Source: Rhizophagus irregularis (Eukaryota). Taken from it: a stretch of DNA of 64,000 nucleotides. The stretch spans positions 3,162,001 through 3,226,000 of the forward strand of contig NC_089435.1 in assembly GCF_026210795.1 (NCBI RefSeq), given 5' to 3'. Under the pieces are notes generated by a model. That model made no database searches and was not told the DNA's origin. It saw nothing but the letters and a program-made list of their open reading frames with translations. The translations under genes and the position numbers were made by a program. This document shows positions 25,382 through 37,341 of this stretch, in pieces (position 1 is the first letter of the stretch; each line of letters opens with the position of its first letter).

Positions 25382-27306
25382 TATAAATTTCAGGGGAATA
25401 GTATTGAAAAGGATAATTTAAAAAGGAAAGGAGTAGACCAATTATGGTAATATTAGAGAGAAGGATATCCTTCACTCTACAGGTGAGGAAAGAAAGTAAA
25501 GAGACGATGGAGGGAGGAGGTAAGAGAGAGTGAAGTTTATTAAAGGAAAATGGGGGAAGAGGGAAAAGAGAACAAAAATAAAAAAAAATAATCCGGCCGA
25601 TTAATCTGCATTAGAGCCTATGACAATAATTATTATTTTGTGTCACAAATTATTTTCTTTTTCGTATTAGGATTATAACCGAACGTCTAATTCGGCAATA
25701 AACGACCTTGTTGATTAATTGTGAAGACCTAAAAACGGTTAAAATGCATAATTCTAGATATACATAATATATTCCCACTTTAATTCTATTCGGCTTATAC
25801 TGTTTATATTAATTTTATTTAAAAGTATCACCTGAATTAAATTTACGTCTTACAGAGTTTCACTAAGACGAAAAGAGTTTCGGAGCTTTTTGAAGTGTGT
25901 TTGATAAATGCATTTTTAATTATAAAATGAATATTAAATTATAAATAAATAATTTATATTGTACTTTGATATATTATTTTATTTATTAAATATTTAAAAA
26001 AAAAGGATTTTTCTGAAAAGAATTATAAAATATTACTTCACGCACATAAAATTAATTTATTTTTTGTAATACATTAATGAGTGAAGTCATTGGTCTTGGC
26101 ATAATTGGCATATGGTAATTTTTAAATTGTTGACCAACGTTGTCATAATTTCATGAGATAATTTCTCGATAAGAATTACTGTACTAGGAATGCCAAGATA
26201 TTTAACTAGTCAAATTCTATTACAAATCTTTATTTTTCTTAATTGAAGAACTAATCACCAAAAATCCATATATTCACAGTATTAAAATTTATTTCTCGGT
26301 AAAAAAAAAGTATTACATTTATGCTTTATCAATATTTCCAAATTGCGCAACATTAATAAAGTTTAGCATGCATGTTAGATACAACTGTTTGTAGATTCAT
26401 GTGGTTACGAAATTGCTTTTCCTAATTAAGATTAAAAAGGTGTGATTTTTTCGTGGCACAGTATTAAAAGTATTAAAAGTATTAACCTATTATCCGGCAT
26501 AAATGGTAAAACAAGGGTACAATGAAACAAAGCATGTAAAAATTGAGGCAAGTATATAATGTTGCGCAAATTAAGGTTTAATGTGATAAATTTAATTGGA
26601 GAGATCTGCTTGCATGGCTGCCCTATAGTTCGAGTTTGACCATAACAGATCCTAATTGGTACAATACGCCTTCGCTTTACATGGTCTAACTATTTTAATT
26701 GATGAATACTTTTTAATTTCGGGATTCAAATTTTCTAAATTTTTTCAAAATGCGTTTAGGGGAAATCCCCGTGATCCCGTGTTGTAGGCGGAAGAATTAT
26801 AGTTTAATTCTAGAAAATCTTTGGTTCTGAAAAATAAAAAATAGCATCCAGCTTTTCCCTATAGTCTGGAAAGTTATTTGAAAAGACAAAGATATTATAG
26901 TTTTTTTTTTGTTCTTTCTTTAAATTCCTCTTTTTCTTTTATTACGGTAAATTATTATACAATCTGAAAAAAACAATTCTTTCTTGTTTTTTTTTTTAAA
27001 AAAAAAATTGGTATCCTTTTATCAATTTCATAATAACTCTTGTGAATTTGAAGGGTAAAACTATTTTTCTTTTCGCTTTTCTTTTTCTTAGTTTGTTTCG
27101 TATTTCATTTAAATTTATTTCTACTACTAAATGAGTGAGGATGAGCGGTGATAAACAAAGTATAAAAAGAATTTGGTGAGTATACACATGGGCGAATTAA
27201 CATAGTAATTAGGCAATACATGCCGAGTTAATTTAGTGAATTAACATAGTTCCGAATTGAACCAAATTTGTCATTTCGGCAATTTTGTTGGTGTGACATA
27301 TTATAC

Positions 27307-27915
27307 ATGACACAAACTATGCTAATCACGTGAAGGCGAGATAGGTAGTTATATGAATATAAGAATCTCCTTTTTCATTAGTAATTCTAAAAAATAAAAA
27401 TAATCCCAATTTCTTATTTCGAATTTTTAATTTTAACCCATCACACCATTTTTTTCACGATAAAGATTACAAGGACGAGCTATTCGTAAGCCATCACACC
27501 ATGACACCACATTTGACAAACTATGCTAATCACGTGAAGGAGAGAGAGGTAGTTATTTGAGGTGAGTGGTATAAATATAAGAATCTCCTTTTTCATTAGT
27601 AATTTTTAAAAAATAAAAATAATCACAATTTCTTATTTTAAATTTTTAATTTTAACCCATCACACCATTTTTTTTTCACGATAAAAATTACAATGACGAA
27701 CTATTCGTAAGACATCACACCATTTATTTATTTATTTATTTTATGGCTAGTCAGCGTAAGACATCACACCATGACACCATGACAACAAAACTATGCTAGT
27801 CACGTGAAGGAGAGAGAGAGTTATATGGGGTGAGTGGTATAAACATAAGAATTTCCTTTTTAATTAGTAATTATAAAGAATAAAAATAATATCAATTTCT
27901 TATTTTAAATTTTTA
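27307..27915. repeat. Three diverged tandem copies of a ~200-270-bp module, each with TCACGTGA
   Basis: CAAACTATGCTA(A/G)TCACGTGAAGG..GAGA and AAGAAT.TCCTTTTT.ATTAGTAATT recur near 27310, 27515 and 27785. Confidence 0.9.
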
Positions 27916-28700
27916 GTTTATATTTAATATTGTTATATGGCAATAAAATAGTATACGATATGTTAAATATATATTATAATAGATGATTTTATAGTGTACT
28001 TAACAAAGGTAAAAATTACCAGAAGTAATTTTTTAACAATATTATTTTGTTCTTCATCATAAATTTATAATAATATACACAATTTATTAAATAAAGTGTG
28101 AACGCTGCGCCTCTTTAAAAGTGTTCTTATTCCCCCTTCAAAAATCATTTGATCAATTCAATTACTTTGATACAAAAAGTACAATATCACTTTATTTTTA
28201 TTAATTTTTTTTTGCGGGGGATTTTACGGGGGATGTAGATTTGTTCATAATAAGTCGTCAATTAATTAATCTCAGCAATAATTTTATAGGTAATAAGTCA
28301 ATCATTGTTTAAAATAGAAATTATAATAAAAAAATCACCAATAATAAATTCTAACATATAAAATTATCATGCATATGATAATTCAAAATTTTCAATTTAC
28401 AACCACAAAAAAGCATCCGTTAATAAAGGTCTTTTTCAAAAAAAGTTTCATATTGCAAAAAAAAGGGGTATTGATTGTCATTTAATCGTATGATATAACA
28501 AGCCAAGTCTTTTTACTTCACGCATGAATTAAACCATTTTTTATAAAAGAGTCGACTCTTTAAGAAGATCAATAATTTTATCCTTTTCACAAAAAAAAAA
28601 AAAAAGATTTGCTTTAATAACACTAAAGTTTAAAAAACATTTTTTTTCTTTTTTTTTCATAAATTCATAAACCAACCAATTGAACATGTTTCAATTAAAA

Positions 28701-29176
28701 ATGAAAATCATCGTAATTACAGCTATTATTGCAATTTTGGCTTTCGCCACCCTTTCTTCCTCTTTAGTTATTAGACAAGAAAATTCAGATGATATTGCCA
28801 CAATTCGTAAAGCTAATGCTGATGAAGCCGAAAAATTACAAGAGGAATTCGCATCATTTACCCCGGATAAAGATTGTCAAGTTAATGATTTAGCCTGTAT
28901 TAATAAAGATTTTGCTATGTGTGCTCCAACAATAGAAGATGGCAAAGTTGTCAATAAATTCGTACTTTTCCCTTGTGGTACTACTTTGGAATGTTTCGCA
29001 TTACCTTTAGTTCTTAAACGTGGCACTTCCATCACTTGTAGTAAGTAACAAAAATCTTAATTCGTTTAATTTCTTTTTTTTGATTATAATTAATAAAATA
29101 TTATTATTTGCTTTTATTAATAGCAACACCAAAAGACCGTGAAGACCGTCTTTTCCAAGCACGCAATAACTTATAA
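28701..29176 (+). CDS. Small secreted cysteine-rich protein (~130 aa), CBM19-like family
   Basis: Signal peptide MKIIVITAIIAILAFATLSSS; 6 Cys; CFALPLVLKRGTSITC motif; exons 28701-29040 and 29124-29176 (alternative ATG at 28686). Confidence 0.8.
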
Positions 29177-29967
29177 GTGTTAATAAACAATAACCTACTA
29201 TAATAAATATAATGTATTAAATATCTTGAATTTTAATCATAATTTTACTTAAATTTATTCTATGTTGCAAGCATCATAAAATAAAGTATAACTTTCATGA
29301 AAAATTAACTTTTAAAAATTGAAAATTAAGTAATAATAAATAATTTTACTTCGACGCGAAGTTAAACGAACTTTATTACTTCAATGCAAAGTTAAACAAA
29401 CTTCCTTACGATAAATTTTACTACTTACTCTAATTAATTTTACTGGGAATCATTCATAATAATCATAATAAAATGAAACTAATGCTTTAAATTTCATTAA
29501 TTTTCTTTACGGCATATTTTTGATGTACAATCAAACATACGAAATTTTCGCACATCTAAATTATCGGCCCATGTACATATTTAATTTTACTAGCAAAAGA
29601 AAAATCACGTGTTCTAAACGTCAATTTTAAATTTTTATTCATTTTCGATTTTTAACAGTGAAATATTTTAATTTATTAAAATTATTTTATTTTTAGATGA
29701 ATACGCTACAAACCCAATATTCATTTAAAATTCACTAGAAATAGGTAGATATTCCAATTTATCTAAAATCTCTAGTAAAAAAAATGCGACAGCGTATGAT
29801 AATCGGTTTTAGGTTAGAATACAATAATACAAATGACCATCAGTATTCTGAAGTTATCCTTATTAATAATTCCTTTTATTGGATAGTTAAAATTATAAAT
29901 TTATATAACAAATCTAACGAAATTTCTTAACTTAATAATGATTAGAGACATACTAATTCCTTTCATT

Positions 29968-30132
29968 TAAGGATTGAAATCGATTATCGAATCTTTTTTT
30001 TTTTCCATAGACGGTCAGCCTGGCGTCAAAAATCTGTTCCCGATTTTAGCAAAATGATCAGCGCTACAATGCCGCTACATGTTGAATCGAATCGATTTTA
30101 CTATTTTTTTTCAGAATCGGTTCCAATCCCTA
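29968..30132. mobile_element. hAT-type MITE, 165 bp, 8-bp TSD CTTTCATT
   Basis: TSD at 29960-29967 and 30133-30140; imperfect TIRs TAAGGATTGAAATCGATT versus TAGGGATTGGAACCGATT (reverse complement). Confidence 0.85.
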
Positions 30133-30139
30133 CTTTCAT

Positions 30140-31974
30140 TTAATAATAATCATCTTCAATTATATAATTTTCTAATAAAAATAAAACAATGATGATAAGT
30201 AAAAGGAAATACAATATTCTTTTTTTTCGTAATTCGTATATAGATGTATTTTTTTTTTATACATACCTAAAGAGTCATTATCATCAATATTATCATCTAA
30301 AATTTCAATTTTATCACTTAATTCATTTTGTGCCAAAATTTCATTAATTTTATTTGTATAATCTATCTTCCTACTAATATAATAGGCTTCGGGATGATAA
30401 ATTACTTCTGATTCATTTTCTATCAAATAATTATTATTAATAAATAAAATAAAATAAATATATTCTGAAATCAAGAAAAAAAAAAACTTTATACCTGGAA
30501 CTGGTTTTCTTTTTTCTTCATCTAATTCGATTGGAAATTTGTCGGACCATTTTTCAAATATTTTTGATAATTCATCTGCTGTTGGTCTTTTATCAGGATT
30601 ATTATTCCAACATCTATTCATTAATTTTACATATTCAGGCATAGTTCCTTTCACGATTTTTGGTCTAAAACCTTCACAAATTTCCAACGATAAACTCAAA
30701 TCATGAGTAATATTATGAAATGCAGAAATCCCCGATACCATTTCCCACATAATAATACCAAAACTATAAATATCCGCAGCTTTTGTATATGGTTTACCAC
30801 GTAAAACTTCAGGTGCTATATAAGGAAGAACACCAAATACATCATCACTCGCAACAGATTCAACAGGTCTACATAATCCAAAATCACTAATTAATCCATA
30901 TTCATAATTAAAAAAAAGAATATTCCCATTATGAAAATCTCCATGAATTAAATCTAATTTATGAATAGCGTTAAGCTGTCTTGAAATATTAAACAAATTA
31001 GTAAATTTATCATTTGGATTATATTTTTTAATTTTTAAATTACTTTTTAAACTACCGAGTGGCGCAAGAAACATTATGATCATATAATTTAATGTATCAG
31101 GATCCTGTGTTATACCAACTATTTGAATAAATGGGGTCGTATCATTCATTGATTTATGAATACCTTTTAACCATGTTTCCCACTAAATAAATAATAAATA
31201 TTATTACTCATTTTAATATTTTAATAATAAAAGATTTAATATTTTGTTTACCTCATATAAAAAATCTTCACTAATATCGGACGAATTATCTAAGCTTTTA
31301 AAAACTACGGGAATACCACTATCAGGATGGTCGGGATTATCAATAAGATGAACTTGTCTACACCATTGTTGATTTTCATAATCCCATTTTTCTATCGCAC
31401 CGTCCAACCATATTGCTTCAAATACCGTACTAAATCCACCTTGAGCTAAAAATTTAATATCTTTAAATCGATTATATGGAATCCATTCCATAACTTCATT
31501 ATTATTTCTTGCTTGTAATTGACTTCTTTGAATAAAATTATCAATAAATTTATTTCCGCTCGTCCAATTTGAAAAATCTTTTTGAAATCTTTGAGAATTA
31601 CATTCTTGACACCAATATTTATAAGTATTTGTTTTACCACATTCTAAACAATTATCAAATAATTTAAACATATTAGACATTTCATATGGATCTATTCCTT
31701 TTGTATTAAAATTTCCATTTTTTTTGTAATAATCTATAATTACATCTTTATTTAATTTTCCAATTGTAAAGAATTTAGAATAATTTTCAATTATTTTTTC
31801 CATTTGTTTAATAATATCATCATCATCTTTTTTATTATTAATGGTTTTATCATTTGTTGAAACGTTAATATCATTAATATCATCATTTTTATCATTTTCT
31901 TCATTTTTTGGAACTTTAGATGAACTTTTCTTTTTAAATAAAAATTTAAATATTTTATTTTTTAATATTTTCAT
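30140..31974 (-). CDS. Tyrosine-kinase-like protein kinase (~531 aa) of the family expanded in Glomeromycota
   Basis: Exons 31974-31252, 31182-30495, 30419-30267, 30171-30140. CxxC..CxxC..WTSGN N-region, GGFSTV, VVFK, HGDFHNGN, DFG, APE, DIYSFG. Confidence 0.93.
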
Positions 31975-32224
31975 GATATTAAATGAATGAATTGAAGAAA
32001 AAAAAAATAGGCGAACAAATAAATATATTATTTTGTAAATATCCTAACCGATTTTGTTTTTTTGATTTGACTCTTTGTATAACATTTAGAACATCATACC
32101 TATTATTTTAATCGAATATCCTGACAATATTCAGGTTTAAATTAATTGTGAATCCCGGACAAATCCCCGATAGACGTTTGTCTAACACTGGTAATACGTA
32201 ATACGACTAATACGTATGTAGTCC

Positions 32225-32282
32225 AGCGGCACCGACAAAAATTTCGCAATCACGTGATCATGGAATTTTTGTCGGTGCTGCT
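32225..32282. repeat. 58-bp near-perfect palindrome (mini-MITE or cis element) with central TCACGTGA
   Basis: AGCGGCACCGACAAAAATT ... AATTTTTGTCGGTGCTGCT; 18 of 19 arm positions pair. Confidence 0.75.
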
Positions 32283-32595
32283 AGCTTCTAGAGCCTAGTT
32301 AAGAATATATTACATAATTTCTATTAACTTATTTAAGAATCGAAATCAGAAATATCATACTTTACGTTGTAAATAAACATCGGTAAAAATTCAAGCGAAT
32401 TAACGAAAAACATTTTGAAAGTCAAACGTATATTTCATTTATAACGAAAAAAAGATAGTTTATTAGCTAAGTAATAATATGAATACATAATCCCAGATAC
32501 AAAATCCACTAAAAATTAATTATCTGTTCAAAATAAATGCGTAATAATATTATCAAAAATCGATTATTTGATTAATAATCCGTTGAATAATAAAT

Positions 32596-34077
32596 TTAGT
32601 ACCCGACACATTTCACATTAATAACTATACCCCTTCTATCTACTTGACAAAAATAACATCTATTTCTCTTTGCAAAATTGTGTTGAAAACATTTATTACA
32701 GAACCAATCTCCTTTCTTAATTGGATAATTAGACTCAATCGATTGATATTGAGGTTGATAATAACCACCAAAAGAACTGTCATAATATAGGCCATATCCA
32801 ACATAATTATTAATGGGATTATAATATCCATAAGAAGAATGTACCTGGTGGTTATATAATGACGTTAAATATGGTGTCAATACATTTTTTCCCTGGTGAT
32901 TATCTAACACATTCTCTTCTTTTACTATTGATTCATATAAAGAAGACTTGACAGTCTGCTCCTCGCTGGTTTGCGAAAAAGAATCTGAAGAAGTGGTTAA
33001 ATGTTCATCATCTTTTAATTGTAGTTCATCATCTTGCAAATTATCTGTAGTATTGGTACCATTTTGGAAATTAGAAGAAAAACCATTCAACTGTAAATCA
33101 ACATCTTGTGTTTCAGAATTTATATCAACCAAAGATAAATTACTAGTAGGTGTTTCAGAGGTTGAAGAATTGGTTATTGCACAAGCGGAAAAACGCGTTT
33201 TAGGTAATTTCACAATAGGTGAAGAAATCTTTTCAAAGTCTTGCGAGTCTTGCGAGTCTTGCGAATCAATAGTAGTAATCAATTGTATTTCATTTCGTGG
33301 AGAATTGGAAGAAGAAACATTCAATTGATCTTGCGGTTCAGAGATTATATTAGATAAAAATGAGTTATCAGCGTGTGTAGTGTGTGTTTCAATGACAGAA
33401 GAGTTGGCAGCTGTATAAGTAAAAAATTGTGTTTTTGGTAATCTCACAATAGGAGTAGTCACTTCAAATTCTTGTAAATCAATAACAGAACTAGTCAAAT
33501 ATATTTCATTTTGTATAGAAGTAGTATCCAACTGTAATTCAATTTCTTGTGGATTGGAGATTGTATCAGTCAAAGTTGAATTACTACTAGTAGAGACAGA
33601 GGAGTTGTTTATTGCATAAGTAAGAAAATATGATTTAGGTAATTTCACAATAGGTGAAGAAATCTCTCCAAGATCTTGTGAATCAGTAATAGTATTAGTA
33701 AGAAATATTTCATTTTCTGAGGAAAGATAAGAAGAATTATTCAAGTGTGATTCAATATCGGTCAAGGATGAATTACTGTAACCATGTAATTTAAAATTTT
33801 TTACTGCGCAAGTAAGAAATCGCGTTTTAGGTAATTTGATAATAGGCGTAGAAATCTCTTCAACGAAAGGATTAGGAAATGATTTTGTTTGTGAGAAAGA
33901 GTCTACTTTTGGGCTTTCATATTGAACATCATGAAATTCTTCTATTTCATTTACGGCGAGCATAATGTTATCAAACTCTTCAAGTAATTCAATCCTAACA
34001 ATAATAGGGTCTTGTTTAGTTGCTTTCCTAAATAAGACCTTCCTTAGAAGAGGAATAGAATAAAACAAAATTTTCAT
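32596..34077 (-). CDS. Intronless Ser/Thr-rich repeat protein with C-terminal RanBP2-type zinc finger (493 aa)
   Basis: GDWFCNKCFQHNFAKRNRCYFC fits the zf-RanBP consensus WxCxxC...NF..R..CxxC; four PI(I/V)(K/R)LPK repeats. Confidence 0.85.
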   Translation of the reverse strand: MKILFYSIPLLRKVLFRKATKQDPIIVRIELLEEFDNIMLAVNEIEEFHDVQYESPKVDSFSQTKSFPNPFVEEISTPIIKLPKTRFLTCAVKNFKLHGYSNSSLTDIESHLNNSSYLSSENEIFLTNTITDSQDLGEISSPIVKLPKSYFLTYAINNSSVSTSSNSTLTDTISNPQEIELQLDTTSIQNEIYLTSSVIDLQEFEVTTPIVRLPKTQFFTYTAANSSVIETHTTHADNSFLSNIISEPQDQLNVSSSNSPRNEIQLITTIDSQDSQDSQDFEKISSPIVKLPKTRFSACAITNSSTSETPTSNLSLVDINSETQDVDLQLNGFSSNFQNGTNTTDNLQDDELQLKDDEHLTTSSDSFSQTSEEQTVKSSLYESIVKEENVLDNHQGKNVLTPYLTSLYNHQVHSSYGYYNPINNYVGYGLYYDSSFGGYYQPQYQSIESNYPIKKGDWFCNKCFQHNFAKRNRCYFCQVDRRGIVINVKCVGY

Positions 34078-34896
34078 TGAAATTTCCTTTTTTTTTCTTT
34101 AGATACTCTCCGTTTAATAAAAGAAAAAGTAATTAATCGATAATGGAGAGAAACAAGAAAATCTGAAAACGAATTATATTTATACAATTATTTAACGTAA
34201 GGTAAATTACTATTTTGGCTATGTTCCGTATTAAATAACAATAAAACTTTGTATTACAATGATTTAGAGTATACTTAGTATTTTATATTTATGTAATAGA
34301 TGTAATAGATGTGATGAAATTTCGTGTCAGTTTATTTGTTGTATTGATTGATAAGTACTTATAAGCACTTAAGGTAACGGATGACATCATATTTTACATG
34401 CTGCGGGCGATATTTTAAGAAAGTTAGCATGTGTTAATCAAATCCGCTGATCGAAAGAAAAATTGAATTCTGCAAGAACATGCACTAAGAATAATTGGAC
34501 AGGTCGACAGGTCGTGGGATAAGCCAATCTTAAAACACGAATTATCATTTTGGGATTACAGGTCAAAAACATGGGTACAAACACATTAATTTATATAAAA
34601 TGTTCAAATCATCGACATCTAAGGTATCTGATGCAACATCTTTATTTTATTATAATTGAAAAAGTAAAAAAAAAAAAAGTTTGAATTTGCACTATATCTA
34701 TATATACTGATCGCTATTCGATGAATAGATTTTTTTTTTACTTATATACAGTACATAGTTTTATATTTAAAAAAAAGTTCGATTTAATAGAGTTCGATTG
34801 ATAAAGTTCGATTGATAAAGTTCTGATTTACAATATTCTTCTTGCACATATTAAAATAATTTTTAATATAATATTAAGGAGATACTATGCCTACGA

Positions 34897-36220
34897 TCAC
34901 GACCGAGGCCAATCTCTTTCATCCAACTCGAAAATTTTATGACAATTTATACAAATTCTCTCACGTACAGGTTCGCTTACGTAATTGATGTCGTCATTAT
35001 CATTCACTGTCAAAGAATCATCATCATTATAGATCATATCACATGTACAATTATTTAAATCGACAAGTGAACTAGAATCTGAGTTATAATCTGAACAATT
35101 CGTAACAGAATATTCACTCATATCACCTATATAATTTTCATCAAATTCTTCATCAAATTCTTGTTCAGACTCATATTGATCTTGTTCATAATCATAATCT
35201 TGACGTGATCCGTAGTCAAATTCATAGTCAAGTTCGTGCCTTTGATTTTGTTGTTGTTGATAGTCCCGGTATTGATCATGTTCTAGACCATAATGTCTTT
35301 GTTCTTGTTCTTGATCGAACTCTTCATAATCAAGATAATTATATTCGAATCCATCGAATTCAAATCCTCCTGAATTACGATTATATTTTACGTTTTTATT
35401 TGAAGTCGTAACGGCAACATATTGTGCTGGAATTGCAAGAATTGGATCAAGAAGTGTTCTACCAGACGAACATGATGAACAATATATGTTGCCACATCTA
35501 AAAAAAGTCATAAGAATTCTATTAGAAATAGGATAAAAGTTTTAAACAAGAAAAAATGAAACCTCACATTCTACAATGATGTTTTCTAAAAAATATTGTG
35601 AATTTTCGATTACAAAAACTACAGCATTTTGTCGTATTATCTTCCTAATAAATAAAAAAAAAAACTCATTGGAAAAGGAAAACTTTATAAACAGTTGAAA
35701 AAAAGCTGTACATTATTTAAGAAATTACCTTCCAATGATCTTTCACTATTCTATTTCTTGTCATTATCTTAAATACGTCAATCTTTCCCATTAATTTAAA
35801 GCAAATCTTCTTTATTTCTTCAAACAAATTTTTCTTCTGGTCTTTCTGCGCCACCTTGGGAGGTGTCGTATCATTAGATACTGCTACCCTTTCCGAAAGG
35901 TCTTTTTGCTGTTGACGAATATTAATATTCTCTTCCAACCTTGGAGTGATAGAATTATTTAATGAATCACATGATGAAACGTTTTTGTTCTCTTGCCGAT
36001 ATTGTTTTAAGGAACTTGAGCGAGAAGGAAAGACAATTTCTTCATAAGAAAGATAACTTGATTTATGTTGTTCATTTAGGGATAAAAAATTTGTAGGACG
36101 CGTATTTGAAATGGTTTTATTAGTTTCAACATTTTCAATATAGTTTTCTGTATATTTTTGTGGATGAACTTTAATTTTTCGATTTAATAAACGATGCGAA
36201 TATAACGTTGAGAGGTCCAT
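34897..36220 (-). CDS. FYVE zinc-finger protein (~389 aa) with a long acidic insertion in the finger
   Basis: Exons 36220-35729, 35644-35568, 35497-34897 give WKEDNTTKCCSFCNRKFTIFFRKHHCRICGNIYCSSCS ... RERICINC. Confidence 0.9.
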
Positions 36221-37341
36221 AATAATTAAAGTTGATGAAAGGGGGAAGAGAAAATTTTTCAGTATGAAATATTTTGGAAAATTGGAAAGCTCTGCATGAA
36301 ATGCATAAAAAGCATGAAAGGAAAAGTTTTTTGAATTATAATAAGTTAAGATAACTCGTGTGCGAAAAAAACAAATCATTACAGGTTTATTTTATAATAG
36401 TTACTACTAATATCAAATTTACCTAATTTGTATATGATTTTCAATTTGTTTATACCGGAGTTTATATGAAACACGTGACAGATGAATTTTATCCGTTAAC
36501 ATTTGCCTTTGAAAGTTTAGTCAATTTACTATTGAATGTGAAAGAAAATTTTTTTACCTTTGTGGTATAAAATAAGGTGAATGATGTTTGTGTTACGGAA
36601 AGGTAATACTTTATTACTTTATTAATATTTTCCCAAATCATTGATATTATTATTTGATTCATACAATCCTTTTTTTTTCTAGATTGTGAAAGATATTTGC
36701 TGCTAATCTGATGACGAATAATATATTTGGTTACATTAAAAAATATTTTTTATATCGCGGTATAAAAAAATATATATATAAGTATATATTTTCATTATCT
36801 TTAAAAAAAGTATCAATAACAAAGATGTTCAATTATTTATGTAAATAAAATAAATAAAAAATATTTATATATAAGCGTATATTTAAAAAAGAGTAAATAT
36901 AATATTTAATTTGTATATATTATTAAAAAATACAAATATACAAAACGCCCCAACAGGATATTTTTTTAGAACTCTACCCGATATATTATATCCGTATTTA
37001 CCCATGGTAAATAAAATGATGTATTGTCAACAATTTGATGATGATTGAAGTATTATTGGTGTTATTGTATAAACACTGCGCCGTTTTCATGTATGAATGT
37101 GATTTTTTTATTTAATTTAAACAATTTAGTTCAACAAAAAATTTACGTAAAACAGATTAAGAATTATGTAAACATGAGATTTATATATACACATTTTTCA
37201 TTCTTCAATAGAAAATGGATCAAATACATGAATATCACAAGTTCTGTCTTCGCATACTATATTTGTGACGACCGGATTTCCCTAATAACAAACAGAGTAT
37301 CAATAACAATTCAGAAGACGTAAATGTTTCTAAACAAATTA

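Noticed and set aside
26341..26572. Inverted TTGCGCAACATTA pair as MITE ends
   Set aside because: Only ~13 bp, with no TSD found.
27307..27915. Repeat-spacer array
   Set aside because: The whole unit is duplicated, so there are no unique spacers.
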